Below, one piece after another: positions 1 through 12,994 of a DNA stretch of 64,000 nucleotides (the first letter of the stretch is position 1; every line of letters starts with the position of its first letter). The position numbers were made by a program, and so were the translations under genes. The notes beneath the pieces were generated by a model. The model was not told the origin of the DNA. It searched no databases and saw nothing but the letters and a program-made list of their open reading frames with translations. Source of the stretch: Ranitomeya imitator (Eukaryota); the NCBI RefSeq assembly GCF_032444005.1, contig NC_091285.1:617024001-617088000 (forward strand), given 5' to 3'.

Positions 1-119
1 TTTTCACGTATGACTGTCTATAAGGTTACAAAGAAACATATCTATTATTCCATGTACATCGTATTTAATCTCTACACAGTTGATAAATATGTATCACCTT
101 TTCTTTTTCTTTTTTTTAA

Positions 120-477
120 CCTGATATTGATTTTTTTTTCATCAATTTTATTCATTTTTTATTTTGTTCTTATTTATTATTATTTGTTTTCTTTTAGATT
201 TTGTTTAGTTCCGATCGTGGATTTTTCACATGCTGTTTTCCATACGTAATTATGGAGGCGGTCATCTATCCTAAGATGCTGTTTTTTGTTTTTTTTTAGA
301 TCTGATATTGATTTTTTTTTCATCAATTTTATTCATTTATTATTTTGTTCTTATCTTATTTATTATTATTTGTTTTCTTTTATATTTTGTTTAGTTCCGA
401 TTGTGGATTTTTCACATGCTGTTTTCCATACGTGATTATGGATTATGGAGGCGATCATCTATCCTAAGATGCTGTTT
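120..477. repeat. Tandem duplication of an AT-rich ~180-bp unit (2 copies)
   Basis: CTGATATTGATTTTTTTT...CTAAGATGCTGTTT occurs at ~120-284 and again at ~301-477 with small indels. Confidence 0.85.
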
Positions 478-1081
478 ACAGCATTTGGAAACTTGCTTTA
501 CAGCAGTCACTTGGATTACAGGAAGCAATAATTTGGAGGTGACTCACTGTTTTCCATGGGGAAGTGTAGTGACTGTTCTGGAATAAGGCAGAGGAAGGAG
601 GAGGTGAGCTGTGAGCATCACATACACAGTTGCCAGCTTTTTCCTCAGCTGTTTCTCAGGATAAGTCCCCCCAGCCCCTTGTAGGAGTAACCTCACCCCA
701 GAACACCTACTTTAAATAAACACCATCCCTTGAGGTCCGAGGGTCCTGGGAAATCTCTACACAGTTGGTAAATATCTGTTGTGAATGGCAGATCTTGAGT
801 TATGTTGCCTCCCATTGTAGCCATGCTTATCATGATGGTGATGATTACTGAGAAGTTACTGTATCTCTATAGAACAGTCTATATGAGACCAAAGGACAAG
901 GTTATCTCTGCTGACTCTCCTATTCACAGCGATCATGTGTTGTGGGGTGTACCCGCTGCTGCATGCTAGCAGCTACTTGGAGGTACAGGTGAGAGTTGAG
1001 CATCAGATGAGGACCAAAGAAGGAAGAGCTGTCCAGAAAGGACACAGCAAGCCCTCCACCAGAGGTGCTACCTCTATCTAG

Positions 1082-1221
1082 NNNNNNNNNNNNNNNNNNN
1101 NNNNNNNNNNNNNNNNNNNNNNNNNNNNNNNNNNNNNNNNNNNNNNNNNNNNNNNNNNNNNNNNNNNNNNNNNNNNNNNNNNNNNNNNNNNNNNNNNNNN
1201 NNNNNNNNNNNNNNNNNNNNN
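1082..1221. other. Assembly gap (140 N)
   Basis: Run of N characters. Confidence 1.
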
Positions 1222-1423
1222 GTAACTATATGTTAAAGAAGTAGAAGCATTAATAGTTTATTTTTTATAAGTTAAAATGCAAAATAAATAAAAGATGAAT
1301 CTAAGTCAAATTAATACTTGCCTTCAAAACCAATTCTTCTGGTTACTTGTGCAAAGATTGTTCCAAAAATCTTAGGGAGCTAACCACAGATCTCTGTGGA
1401 TGTAGGCTTGTTCAAATGCTGAA

Positions 1424-2090
1424 AGGGAACCTGTCACCAGTTTTGGCCGATAAGAGATACGGCCCTCACCTTTCAGGGCTGATATATAGTATTCTATTAT
1501 GCTGTATATCTGTCCCCAACGAATAGAAGAAAAATATCTTTTATTATAGTCACCTGTGGGGCGGCCTGGTCCGATGGGTGTCACTGGTCTTGGTCTGGCA
1601 CCTCCCATCTTCTTGCGATGCCGTCCTCCTGCTTGCTTCATGATGATGATGTGTCTCCTTGGCACCGCGCCCCTGCGCAGGCGCACTCTTATGCCCTGTT
1701 GAGGGCAGAGCAAAGTACTGCAGTGCACAGGTGCCGGGAAAGGTCAGAGAGCCCATGTGCACTGCAGTACTTTGCTCTGCCCTTGACAGGGTAGAAAAAT
1801 ACGCCTGCGCAGGAGTGCAGTGCCGAGGATACTGTTTGGATGATGTAGGGGCGAGTCATCCACACAAAGCAAGCAGGAGGACGGGGATCTTGAGAAGATG
1901 GGAGGCGCCGGACCAAGAAGAGCGACACCCATCGGACAGTACCGCCCCGCAGGTGAGTATAATAAGTTATTTTTCTTCTCTTGCAGATTGGGTTGGGGGA
2001 AGATAGAGCATTATAGAATGCTGTATATCAGCCCTGAAAGGTGACTGATGACCGTATCTCTTATCGGCCAAACCTGGTGACAGGTTCATT
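1424..2090. mobile_element. T2/Kolobok-type MITE, palindromic along its length
   Basis: Left end AGGGAACCTGTCACCAGTTTTGGCCGATAAGAGATACGG matches the reverse complement of 2052-2090. Flanks are TGAA and TTAA. Perfect 28-bp inner arms lie at 1702-1729 and 1756-1783. Confidence 0.85.
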
Positions 2091-2199
2091 TTAAAGACCA
2101 TTCTGATAGGTTAAAAGGCTTTGCGTAATTTTGACCATAGAGAATGCAGATAATGTAAAAAAATGAAAGTATACAGAGACAAGAGCTGGGGACCTGTGG

Positions 2200-2657
2200 G
2201 TGATACAGACCCTGCTGATGCAGTATAACTACCTTGTGTCTTGTTGCCCTGCTCAGTCTTTCCATGGTGTATGATCTGTCACATGAAACTGTCTTCCACA
2301 ACCTCACTTTTGTAGCAGAGTTTGACTGTTCTTCACCCAGTTTAAGCCTCCTACACAGCTGTTTGTTTCAACCTAAATATGATAATGATGATCATGATCA
2401 CCAGTTTGGTTTATTTTGTTACTCACACACCTGATTCCAATCCTCCAAAATGCCAACTTTGTACCAGTGTAACCTAGAAGCCTGATGCTGTTTTGAAGGA
2501 CATGGGTAATCACACCGAATATTAATTTGATTTAATTTTTCTTTTGTTCATTCGCTTTGTATTTTAAGTAGAAAACACTATTCACACTTCTATTTTTAAA
2601 GCATTGTTACTTTGCACTATTTCTTTACCACCTGCCTAGAACCTTTGCACAGTACTG
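2200..2657. mobile_element. Decayed Tc1-like fragment
   Basis: GCTGTTTTGAAGGACATGGGTAATCACACCGAATATTAA resembles a Tc1 transposase C-terminus (AVLKAKGGHTKY*). It is followed by a TIR-like end TTTGCACAGTACTG. Confidence 0.45.
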
Positions 2658-5600
2658 CCTAATACATTTTGGACACACTTTCGACTCCATTTGAGTTTTT
2701 TTGGGGGCCGTATCAATTTTTTAAATTAGAAACAAAAGCTCATATTCTGTTCTTTACAACTTCAGAGACAGATATATAACTTCAAAGTCAAAATTTTCAT
2801 GTTTCATGGACCTCATTTGATAAAGTCTATGACTCTGTTGGTGACACATCTTAATTTCGCTTTCTCAAGTTTTAACAGAGTCGAAAAATGGCCAAAACAT
2901 TTGAACTAATAAAATGAGACATACAGTAGTAGAGCTAAGTTTGTGTTGGCAGCAAATCTGACATTTGTGTGGCACATACAGCTATCATGATAAGAGTATG
3001 ACTTGTGATCTGCTCTATTAATTTGGAAAAGAACATCTGGGGCACCCACGTGGCCCAAGGTGTGATGTAGCCATAACAACTGCATTTTCCCTTTCTAGAT
3101 CCACAAGCAAACAAGTTGAAACCCCTGGTCCAACATGTTTCATTATACTAACTTAGTGTAGAAAAATAAAGGATATGAGTTGAAAAATTTTAAAAAGGAA
3201 AAATAATGGCTTAGACGGTTGCAAATGTTCATTTTTTTTCTATAAGGAATTTTATTAAAATTGAATTTTTGCCTGTAGGCAATATTGACCATGAGACAAA
3301 TTTTAACTAAGTTTTGCTTGTGGCTTTGTTGCCATTATTTCCTTCATTTTTATTAAGTCTTAAATAAAGTTTGATAATTTTGACACCTCTGTCTAGGATT
3401 GGTTTGACCACTCCTGCCGGAGATTCATCTGCTCAACGTCGGCAGAAAAACTTTCTCTTATTTTTGATCTGTCGATGGGGCGTGACTGCCGTCGTCATGC
3501 TGTTTGACAACCTGGTCCCGCAGTTAAGTAGCGGGAAGGCAACTATCAATCAGGATGATGTCGGCAGTCATGACCCGTCAACAGAAGAAAGCAAAAAGGA
3601 AGCCACTGCTTTGTCGATGTGAGGTCAGCAGAAGCCACCCGGCAGGAACGGTCTGTGACCCCCTCTGTGCCGGCATAAATCTCTGCCAGGCACAACAGGC
3701 AGGTAGGTAGTACTTATCTACCTGTTAGATTTTAGGCCAATATTAAAAGAAAAGTGCAGTCTTGAATAAAACCTTTTAACAGTGCTGCTCTCTACCAGTA
3801 TTTCTCTTGGTTCCTTAGCAAATTGACCCCAATAATAAATATCAGCAAGATATGTGCACAGGACAGGCGCCTCCTAGAGATGAGGCAGGTTCCCCTTTGA
3901 CTTACACGCTCCACAGGTTGAGAACATAGTGAAGATTTTATCAAGATTGGCGTTTCACATGTCAGTCTTGAACAAAAAGCCTTCCGGAGTATGATGCTCC
4001 ACAGTCAGGTTACTAATTGATCTTTGTGATGTTACATAAGACTATGGGGTGTCATGTAAAGGATGACATCTAAATAACACTACTTTTCCCAATCACATTA
4101 GATTTCCATCAGGTACCTGCAAAATAAATGCTACCGCAAGTCGTGATTTTCAAACACTGCAATTTACTGTAATCATATAATGGAAGTTTTAAAGCAGGCA
4201 CAGAGTTGGCGTCACCAGATACTTCTGCAAAAAATAAAGTAAAAAAAAATAGTTCACATTAGGAGAAAAATAAAACAGATTTTCATGTATGCTTGGAAAG
4301 AGTAGATGAGCCTTGATAGGCTAATCCTGCTGGACATGTACTCTATGGGTTATTACCAAACATCACTTGCCTTCCATGGTCCCACCTTCACCCTTAGAAC
4401 AGTTTTGGTTCCTCATGCATCTTTGATGTTAATAATTTAGTAAGTTTATGTTTCTCCTTGTGGTGATGGTCAGCTGGTTCTTGGAGACTTTTAGGTTAGG
4501 TTATATCCTCCAGGAAGAAGGGATGCAAATTAGCGCTCCTCCAGAAGAAAGGAAGCTGTCTAATGCTCATATCTAATATCAGAGGCAGCTGCCCTGTAAG
4601 TCATGAAGGATACTATAAGCCTGACCCTAAGGAATATTGCAAAATAGAAATGTATTCAAAAGAATTGTGTGACCTACAAGACCCCTTACACCACCTGGTG
4701 ATCTCCACTAGGAGAATTATCCCCTCCTAGACCCATGATGAAGGACTCTCAAGTCTCAACTCTCCAGCCAGTATTTTGCCCCCTGCAAAACTTTCTGTCA
4801 TTCACAATACAGTCTCTGCTGAGGTTTTTCCTCTGTACAGTCTCTCAGGTCTGATTGGACCCATCTTCCTCCAGTTGTGTATCTTCTATAGTTTACAAAT
4901 ATGGCTGTTCTCTACACACTTGGCACACTCTTGATTACTATTATTCTCTTTTGGGGGTACAATGCAGGTGGCATTACTATATTTTCCATTGTTACAGTTC
5001 CAGCAGGGGACCTGACCCCTAACACTAGCCAGCTCTCCTCCCCGGATGGTGTTGAGCCCGTTTAGGATCTACTCAGTGTAGGGCCCTTCGACTCCCATGT
5101 GCTCATCCACACTCTGTTCTTATTTTCCTCTTGCAGGTCCTAATATATACTGTATCTACAGTGTCAGCAATAAGCAATAAATTGGAATTGCTTTTTCAAT
5201 ACATTCTGCATAGTTTAAGATTACATCTTTGGAATTTATCTTATGAGTGAATCCTGCATCTTTCCATTCGGGATCCATCTCCTTGCATCTTGAATTCACC
5301 ATCCACTTATTAAAAATAGCAGCAAGATGTACTGCCACGGCAGGCAGGTGTCAGGTTACCACTTCTATTATACTTTATGCAGAAGGGAGAGGAGTATTGG
5401 GGAGCAGAGTGAGAAATCAAGCAGAGGGAGACACAGAAAGAACATGCTGAGCTTTCTAACAAGTCTGTTACCTCACGCAATAGTTAAATTCACTTTCAAA
5501 CAGCTCAATACTGTTATATAATGTTCCCCATGCTGCTGCTACTGTCTGTGTGCTAAGGAATGATGAGCTGGAACCCATCCCTATGCGCTGTGCTGTGTAT

Positions 5601-5984
5601 GTGAAAGATCATAGCAGCTAGACTCCTCCCACCAGCTCAGAGTCAATTGCAAAATAAAAGATGGAGGCTGTAGAGTGAAAATCTTGTGAGAATGCAAGAT
5701 ACTATTGAAATAATCCCCAGAAATTGTGTTATTCATCATGTTAACATATATCAGCTCATTCAGTACAGTTACTTGAAGATATAGTTAGTTATGCAGATCT
5801 GTCATTAACTATATAACCTTCATGTGTTATTATATTGCTCTCTTAGACTTGATGAAGCTCTTGCACTTACTTTAAATATCCATATTAAAATTACTATTTA
5901 ATTCTAATACTGAGATGAATATTTGTGCATTCATCCAGATGTTTATTGAGCAAGCTTATGAGTCTAAGTGCACTCAGTCTTCAC

Positions 5985-6210
5985 CTCCCAGGTCTGACTG
6001 ACCGCTGCAGCTTGCACTGAGCAGTGTGAGATCTCAGCTACAGAGAAGAGGGAAACTGAGGAGCTGTCAATGAGACTAGTTGGACAGACAGAAAACATAA
6101 ACTTTCATAAATTTTTATATCGACATTCGGACTAGGACTTCAAAGTAATACACTAGCCTATCAGATCTAATAGATCTATTCATAGTGGAATCTGGTGGTA
6201 GTTACACACA
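5985..6210. repeat. Dispersed repeat fragment (second copy at ~50840-51060)
   Basis: CTGACTGAC..GCTG..G.TTG.ACTGAGCAGTGTGAGATCTCA....GAGGAGCTGT is shared with ~50855-50930. Confidence 0.6.
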
Positions 6211-7704
6211 GAAATGGTACAATAGGAAGCAATGGACAATTTAAATAACACTTGTCCCTGGCACCAATCTATGGGCCCAAGATGCCCTAGATTGGCATAA
6301 TCCATAGTCGATACATTTTAGGGCAAGATCATGGTTGTATTTTCTTGTATTTATCTGGATTCTTTCTGGATGTTCAGTTTCCTTTCTGTGCTTCAAAACC
6401 ATTCTGAGAAGTTAAAAGGCTTCATATAATTGTGTCTGTAGAGAATGCAGATAATGTAGGAAAGTCCGAGTCCGCAAACCTCTGTAGCCATGGACTGGAG
6501 CGGTTGAGGGGACTGGGGGTATATGTTTGTGCTTATCTCACTGTCGATATAAATTGGTCATATTCTCAGTATAAAAAGTGGCGCGTTGAAGAACCTTTGT
6601 AGCCAGTGTACACCATTAAAAACTTTCCTGTCTACCATCGTGGTTATTGGAGAGTGGCACGTCGGTTCGGCTGGCATGCCCCGCTTACTGCACACTCCAT
6701 CCAGCTAACATGAACTGACTGGAATCAGGTGAAGAGTCTCTCACATGTGTGAACACCAGCTAAATGTATACCCCGCAGTTGCTAGAACTGAATTACACAG
6801 CTGACCTGCTGTCTTATTGTACTCAGAGCAGCGATATAGAGACGTAAAGAGGTTTCCAAAGAACCGGGGGGATCATGTGTCTCTTAAATTACATCTTGTT
6901 CTGATAGAGCGAGTCCTGCTGAGTAGACAAGTAAGGCCTGATGTCCTACATAAAACATCGACAGTATGAAGACAGAGGGGGTTATTTATTAGGGTCACTC
7001 ACTCCAGAATGGAGTTTTTCCCATAGGTTTTCTGTACAGTCTGAGATGGCTGACTCAACAAGATCCACCCAACCTATTTTAATCCTTTCTTAGATACTTG
7101 TTTAACTCAATTTTCCTTTATAGGAGTGCAATGGGTTTTTACAATCATTCGCACTTCTAGTTGGCTGGTATGAGCCAAGGAAAGCTACCATAAAAATAGT
7201 GCACCCCTTCCAAAATGGGCATTGGCTGCTTTTGCACCCAAACCTGGTGTTCATCTGGGTGTCCAATGATTACGCTTTTTTTGTCCATCGCCGGTTGACT
7301 GACCATGAACACCATAAACCATAATTTGAACACCAAGGTCTTGGTATCACACTTCGTTATAAGTTATTATAACCTTTGATGGGACAATTTGCCAGTGGGG
7401 TCACATTTCTCCTTTAGTAATTAGCCACAGTACAAATATAATTTGTAATTTCAGATGGTGTCCACTAAAGTCAGTGAGGGACAATGACATAAATGTTACT
7501 GTTCCTCCGGGGTGACAGTGGCTCTGACAGAACTGCTTCTATTTAGAGGATAGAGAAGGGTCTGAAACATGGGGCCCTTTTTTAATGTCCATCCATGACA
7601 TGCATTCATATGTAGCAAGTGCTATCTGTACAACATTGCCATAACTAAAATATGGCACACCTATAGGCAGTTCAGAGCTGGCACCCCCTGGCTCTTGTCC
7701 TTAA

Positions 7705-8127
7705 AGGGCTATTCCCATCTACACTATCCTATCCCAATATGAAGTAGGTGTAATAATAAAAGTTACAAAATATTAGCAAATAACTCCAATTGAAAATGAG
7801 GCATAGTTCTTTTGATTTGCTATGTCTCTTACCCCATGTGCAGGGCATTGCAGTCCTTGGACCACATATTTTGAGGCTGTTAGATAGCCAAAAAACATGC
7901 AGGGATTACCCATGTATGGCAGTCAATAACCTCATGTTTTTTGGCTGCCTAATAGCCGTAAAGCATGCTGGGTGCGAACTTCAGCACCTGCGATACTCAC
8001 TTTCGCTCATCACTAGTTACGACCACTCATATAGTGACAGTTAGCTGTTAGTGGTCATATCCATGGACACCTAAGCTACTGAAATGCTCTGCTCATGGGG
8101 TAAGCATCATAGCTTATCAGTAGAACG
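7705..8127. mobile_element. T2/Kolobok-type MITE, left part (right part at 28509-28599)
   Basis: Starts TTAA|AGGGCTATTCCCATCT...ATCCCAATATG.AGTAGGTGTAATAATAA...AATATTAGCAAA. The reverse complement of this arm is found at 28509-28599, beyond the 20-kb insertion. Confidence 0.8.
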
Positions 8128-8545
8128 CAGAGGTGTAGCTAGGGTTTTGGTTCTGGGGGCGAAGCCTCTGAGTGGGCCCCTAACCAGGTAACCTTGATTA
8201 CAACTCGGTGACTCCTCCTAATAGTAGAGGAGAACTTCAGCAGATGACCGTGCTATTACTGAAGATAATCTCTATATAAAGACCAACATGGATATGGTCA
8301 GTGGTAGATACCAGCCCTACAGAACATATAAGAGCTCACAGCACAGTTACAGATAATCTCTTACTGCTGATGTTCTTTCTGATGGAATCGTTCATTTTTC
8401 CCGTATTTTCCATCTGGCCCAGACCGACATGACAACTTCTTCCACCCAGGATCCGTCTGCAGAGAATACAACAAAGACACATTTCACATCTCATATTCCA
8501 ACCCCATCACCATCTATTCCCAACCTGCACAAACTCCTCATCCTG

Positions 8546-11500
8546 CTGATACCCCAATACTGAGCTGCTGCTGCCGTATGTGTCCCTATTACTGCCTCTG
8601 ATACCCCAATACTGAGCCACTGCTGCCGTATGTGTCCCTATTACTGCACCTGATACCCCAATACTGAGCCGCTGATGCTGTATGTGTCCCTATTACTGCA
8701 CCTGATACCCCAATACTGAGCCGCTGCTGCTGTATGTGTCCCTATTACTGCACCTGATACCCCAATACTGAGCCGCTGCTGCCGTATGTGTCCCTATTAC
8801 TGCACCTGATACCCCAATACTGAGCCGCTGCTGCTGTATGTGTCCCTATTACTGCACCTGATACCCCAATACTGAGCCGCTGCTGCCGTATGTGTCCCTA
8901 TTACTGCACCTGATACCCCAATACTGAGCCGCTGCTGCTGTATGTGTCCCTATTACTGCACCTGATACCCCAATACTGAGCCGCTGCTGCCGTATGTGTC
9001 CCTATTACTGCACCTGATACCCCAATACTGAGCCCCTGCTGCCGTATGTGTCCCTATTACTGCACCTGATACCCCAATACTGAGTTGCTGCTGCTGTATG
9101 TGTCCCTATTACTGCCTGATACCCCAATACTGAGCCGCTGCTGCCGTATGTGTCCCTATTACTGCCTGATACCCCGATACTGAGCCGCTGCTGCCGTATG
9201 TGTCCCTATTACTGCCCCTGATACCCCAATACTGAGCAGCTGCTGCCGTATGTGTCCATATTACTGCACCTGATATACCAATACTGAGCCGCTGCCGCCG
9301 TATGTGTCCCTATTACTGCACCTGATACCCCAATACTGAGCCGCTGCTGCCGTATGTGTCCCTATTACTGCACCTGATACCCCAATACTGAGCCGCTGCT
9401 GCCGTATGTGTCCCTATTACTGCACCTGATACCCCAATACTGAGCCGCTGCTGCCGTATGTGTCCCTTTTACTGCACCTGATACCCCAATACTGAGCTGC
9501 TGCTGCCGTATGTATCCCTATTACTGCCCGATACCCCAATACTGAGCCGCTGCTTCCGTATGTGTCCCTATTACTGCACCTGATACCCTAATACTGAGCC
9601 GCTGCTGCCGTATGTGTCCCTATTACTGCCCCTGTTACCCCAATACTGAGCCGCTGCTGCCGTATGTATCCCTATTACTGCCCCTGATACCCCGATACTG
9701 AGCCGCTGCTGCCGTATGTGTCCCTATTACTGCACCTGATACCCCGATACTGAGTTGCTGCTTCCGTATGTGTCCCTATTACTGCACCTGATACCCCAAC
9801 ACTGAGCCACTGCTGCCGTTTGTGTCCATATTACTGCACCTGATACCCCAATACTGAGCAACTGCTGCCGTATGTGTCCCTATTACTGCACCTGATACCC
9901 CAATACTGAGCCACTGCTGCCGTATGTGTCCCTATTACTGCACCTGATACCCCAATACTGAGCCGCTGGTGCCGTATGTCCCTAACACTGCACCTCGTAC
10001 CCCAATACTGAGCCGCTGCTTCCGTATGTGTCCCTATTACTGCACCTGATACCCCGATACTGAGCCGCTGCTTCCGTATGTCCCTAATACTGCACCTCGT
10101 ACCCCAATACTGAGCCGCTGCTTCCGTATGTGTCCCTATTACTGCACCTGATACCCCGATACTGAGCCACTGCTTCCATAGGTGTCCCTATTACTGCCCC
10201 TGATACCCCAATACTAAGCCGCTGCTGCCGTATGTGTCCCTATCACTGCCCCTGATACCCCAATACTGAGCCGCTGCTGCCGTATGTCCCTATTACTGCA
10301 CCTGATACCCCAATACTGAGCCGCTGCTGCCATGTGACCCTATTACTGCACCTAATACCCCAATACTGAGCCACTGCTGCTGTATGTGATCCAATTATTC
10401 CACCTGATACCCCAATACTGAGCCGCTGATGCCGTATGTCCCTATTACTGCACCTGATACCCCGATACTGAGCCGCTGCTGCCGTATGTCCCTATTACTG
10501 CACCTGATACCCCAATACTGAGCTGCTGCTGCCCTGTGTCCCTATTACTGCACCTGATACCCCAATACTGAGCCGCTGCTCCCGTATGTGTCCCTATTAC
10601 TGCACCTGATACCCCAATACTGAACCGCTGCTGCCGTATGTCCCTATTACTGCCCCTGATACCCCAATACTGAGCCGCTGCTGCTGTTTGTGTCCCTATT
10701 ACTGCACCTGATACCCCAATACTGAGCCGCTGCTGCCGTATGTGTCCCTATTACTGCACCTGATACCCCAATACTGAGCCGCTGCTGCTGTATGTGTCCC
10801 TATTACTGCCCCTGATACCCCAATACTAAGCCTCTGCTGCCATATGTTTCCCTATTACTGCACCTAATACCCCAAAATTAAGCCTCTGCTGCCGTATGTG
10901 TCCCTATTACTGCACCTGATACCCCAATACTGAACCGCTGCTGCCCTATGTGTCCCTATTACTGCACCTGATACCCCAATACTGAGCCGCTGCTGCTGTA
11001 TGTGTCCCTATTACTGCCCCTGATACCCCGATACTGAGCCGCTGCTGGCGTATGTGTCCCTATTACTGCACCTGATACCCCAATACTGAGCCGCTGCTGC
11101 CGTATGTGTCCCTATTACTGCCCCTGATACCCCAATACTAAGCCTCTGCTGCCATGTTTCCCTATTACTGCACCTAACACCCCAATACTAAGCCTCTGCT
11201 GCCGTATGTGTCCCTATTACTGCACCTAATACCCCAATACTAAGCCTCTGCTGCCGTATGTGTCCCTATTACTGCACCTGATACCCCGATACTGAGCCGC
11301 TGCTGCCATATGTGTCCCTATTACTGCACCTGATACCCCAATACTGAGCCGCTGCTGCCGTATGTGTCCCTATTACTGCCCCGATACCCCAATACTAAGC
11401 CTCTGCTGCCATGTTTCCCTATTACTGCACCTAACACCCCAATACTAAGCCTCTGCTGCCGTATGTGTCCCTATTACTGCACCTAATACCCCAATACTGA

Positions 11501-12568
11501 GCCGCTGCTGCCGTATGTGTCCCTATTACTGCCCCTGATACCCCAATACTGAGCCGCTGCTGCCCTATGTGTCCCTATTACTGCCCCTGATACCGCAATA
11601 CTGAGCCGCTGCTGCTGTATGTGTGCCTATTACTGCACCTGATACCCCGATACTGAGCCGCTGCTGGCGTATGTGTCCCTATTACTGCACCTGATACCCC
11701 AATACTGAGCCGCTGCTGCCGTATGTGTCCCTATTACTGCCCCTGATACCCCAATACTAAGCCTCTGCTGCCATGTTTCCCTATTACTGCACCTAACACC
11801 CCAATACTGAGCCTCTGCTGCCGTATGTGTCCCTATTACTGCACCTAACACCCCAATACTGAGCCTCTGCTGCCGTATGTGTCCCTATTACTGCCCCTGA
11901 TACCCCAATACTGAGCCGCTGCTGCCGTATGTGTCCCTATTACTGCACCTAACACCCCAATACTGAGCCTCTGCTGCCGTATGTGTCCCTATTACTGCCC
12001 CTGATACCCCAATACTAAGCCGCTGCTGCCGTATGTGTCCCTGTTACTACACCCGATACCCCAATACTGAGCCGCTGCTGCCGTATGTGTCCCTATTACT
12101 GCCCCTGATACCTCAATACTGAGCTGCTGCTGCCCTATGTGTCCCTATTACTGCCCCTGATACCCCAATACTGAGCCGCTGCTGCTGTATGTGTCCCTAT
12201 TACTGCACCTGATACCCCAATACTGAGCCACTGCTGCCGTATGTGTCCCTATTACTGCCCCTGATACCCCGATACTGAGCCGCTGCTGGCGTATGTGTCC
12301 CTATTACTGCACCTGATACCCCAATACTGAGCAGCTGCTGCCGTATGTGTCCCTATTACTGCACCTGATACCCCAATACTGAGCCGCTGCTGCCGTGTTT
12401 CTATTACTGCACCTGATACCCCAATACTGAGCCGCTGCTGCCATATGACCCTATTACTGCACCTATTACCGAATACTGAGCCGCTGCTGCCGTATGTGTC
12501 CCTATTACTGCACCTGATACCTCAATACTGAGCCGCTGCTGCCGCATGTGTCCCTATTACTGCACCTG
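8546..12568. repeat. 52-bp minisatellite, ~77 copies
   Basis: Unit CTGATACCCCAATACTGAGCCGCTGCTGCCGTATGTGTCCCTATTACTGCAC, with 50-bp and substitution variants. Confidence 0.98.
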
Positions 12569-12994
12569 CTGTGTGGTTCTCTGTGACCTGTAAATTCTAA
12601 AGCAACCCTCTATAATATAGTAATGCCAGGTGCAAGTGACCTAGAAAACAGTGCCCACATTTTGCCCCCTAGACAGTAATATTGCCCTGTGTGCCCCTTT
12701 GATAGCCACAGTAACCTGAGTTCCCCTATAACTATAAGTGCCCACTTTACATTTAATAATGTACGGAGTCTCCCCCTGTACAGCTCCCTTATACACAGCA
12801 TGATGCTCTCTTATACACATATAATGCCCCTCACTGTATACTGACTCCTTAGTAGCTCTTAAACTGTTTGATGGCTCCAACAATGTATAATGACCCCCAC
12901 ACTGTAATCTCCATTTTGTATGATGGCCCTGTAGATAGCCTCCATATACAGTAGCATAATGCACCAAATAGTCCACAATATAGTATAATGCATT

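Noticed and set aside
5115-5140. Strong splice acceptor CTTATTTTCCTCTTGCAG
   Set aside because: It is followed by in-frame stops and no clear donor; a similar tract occurs inside the MITE at ~1970-1986.
7200-7330. Possible transposase fragment on the minus strand
   Set aside because: Too short and degenerate to assign.
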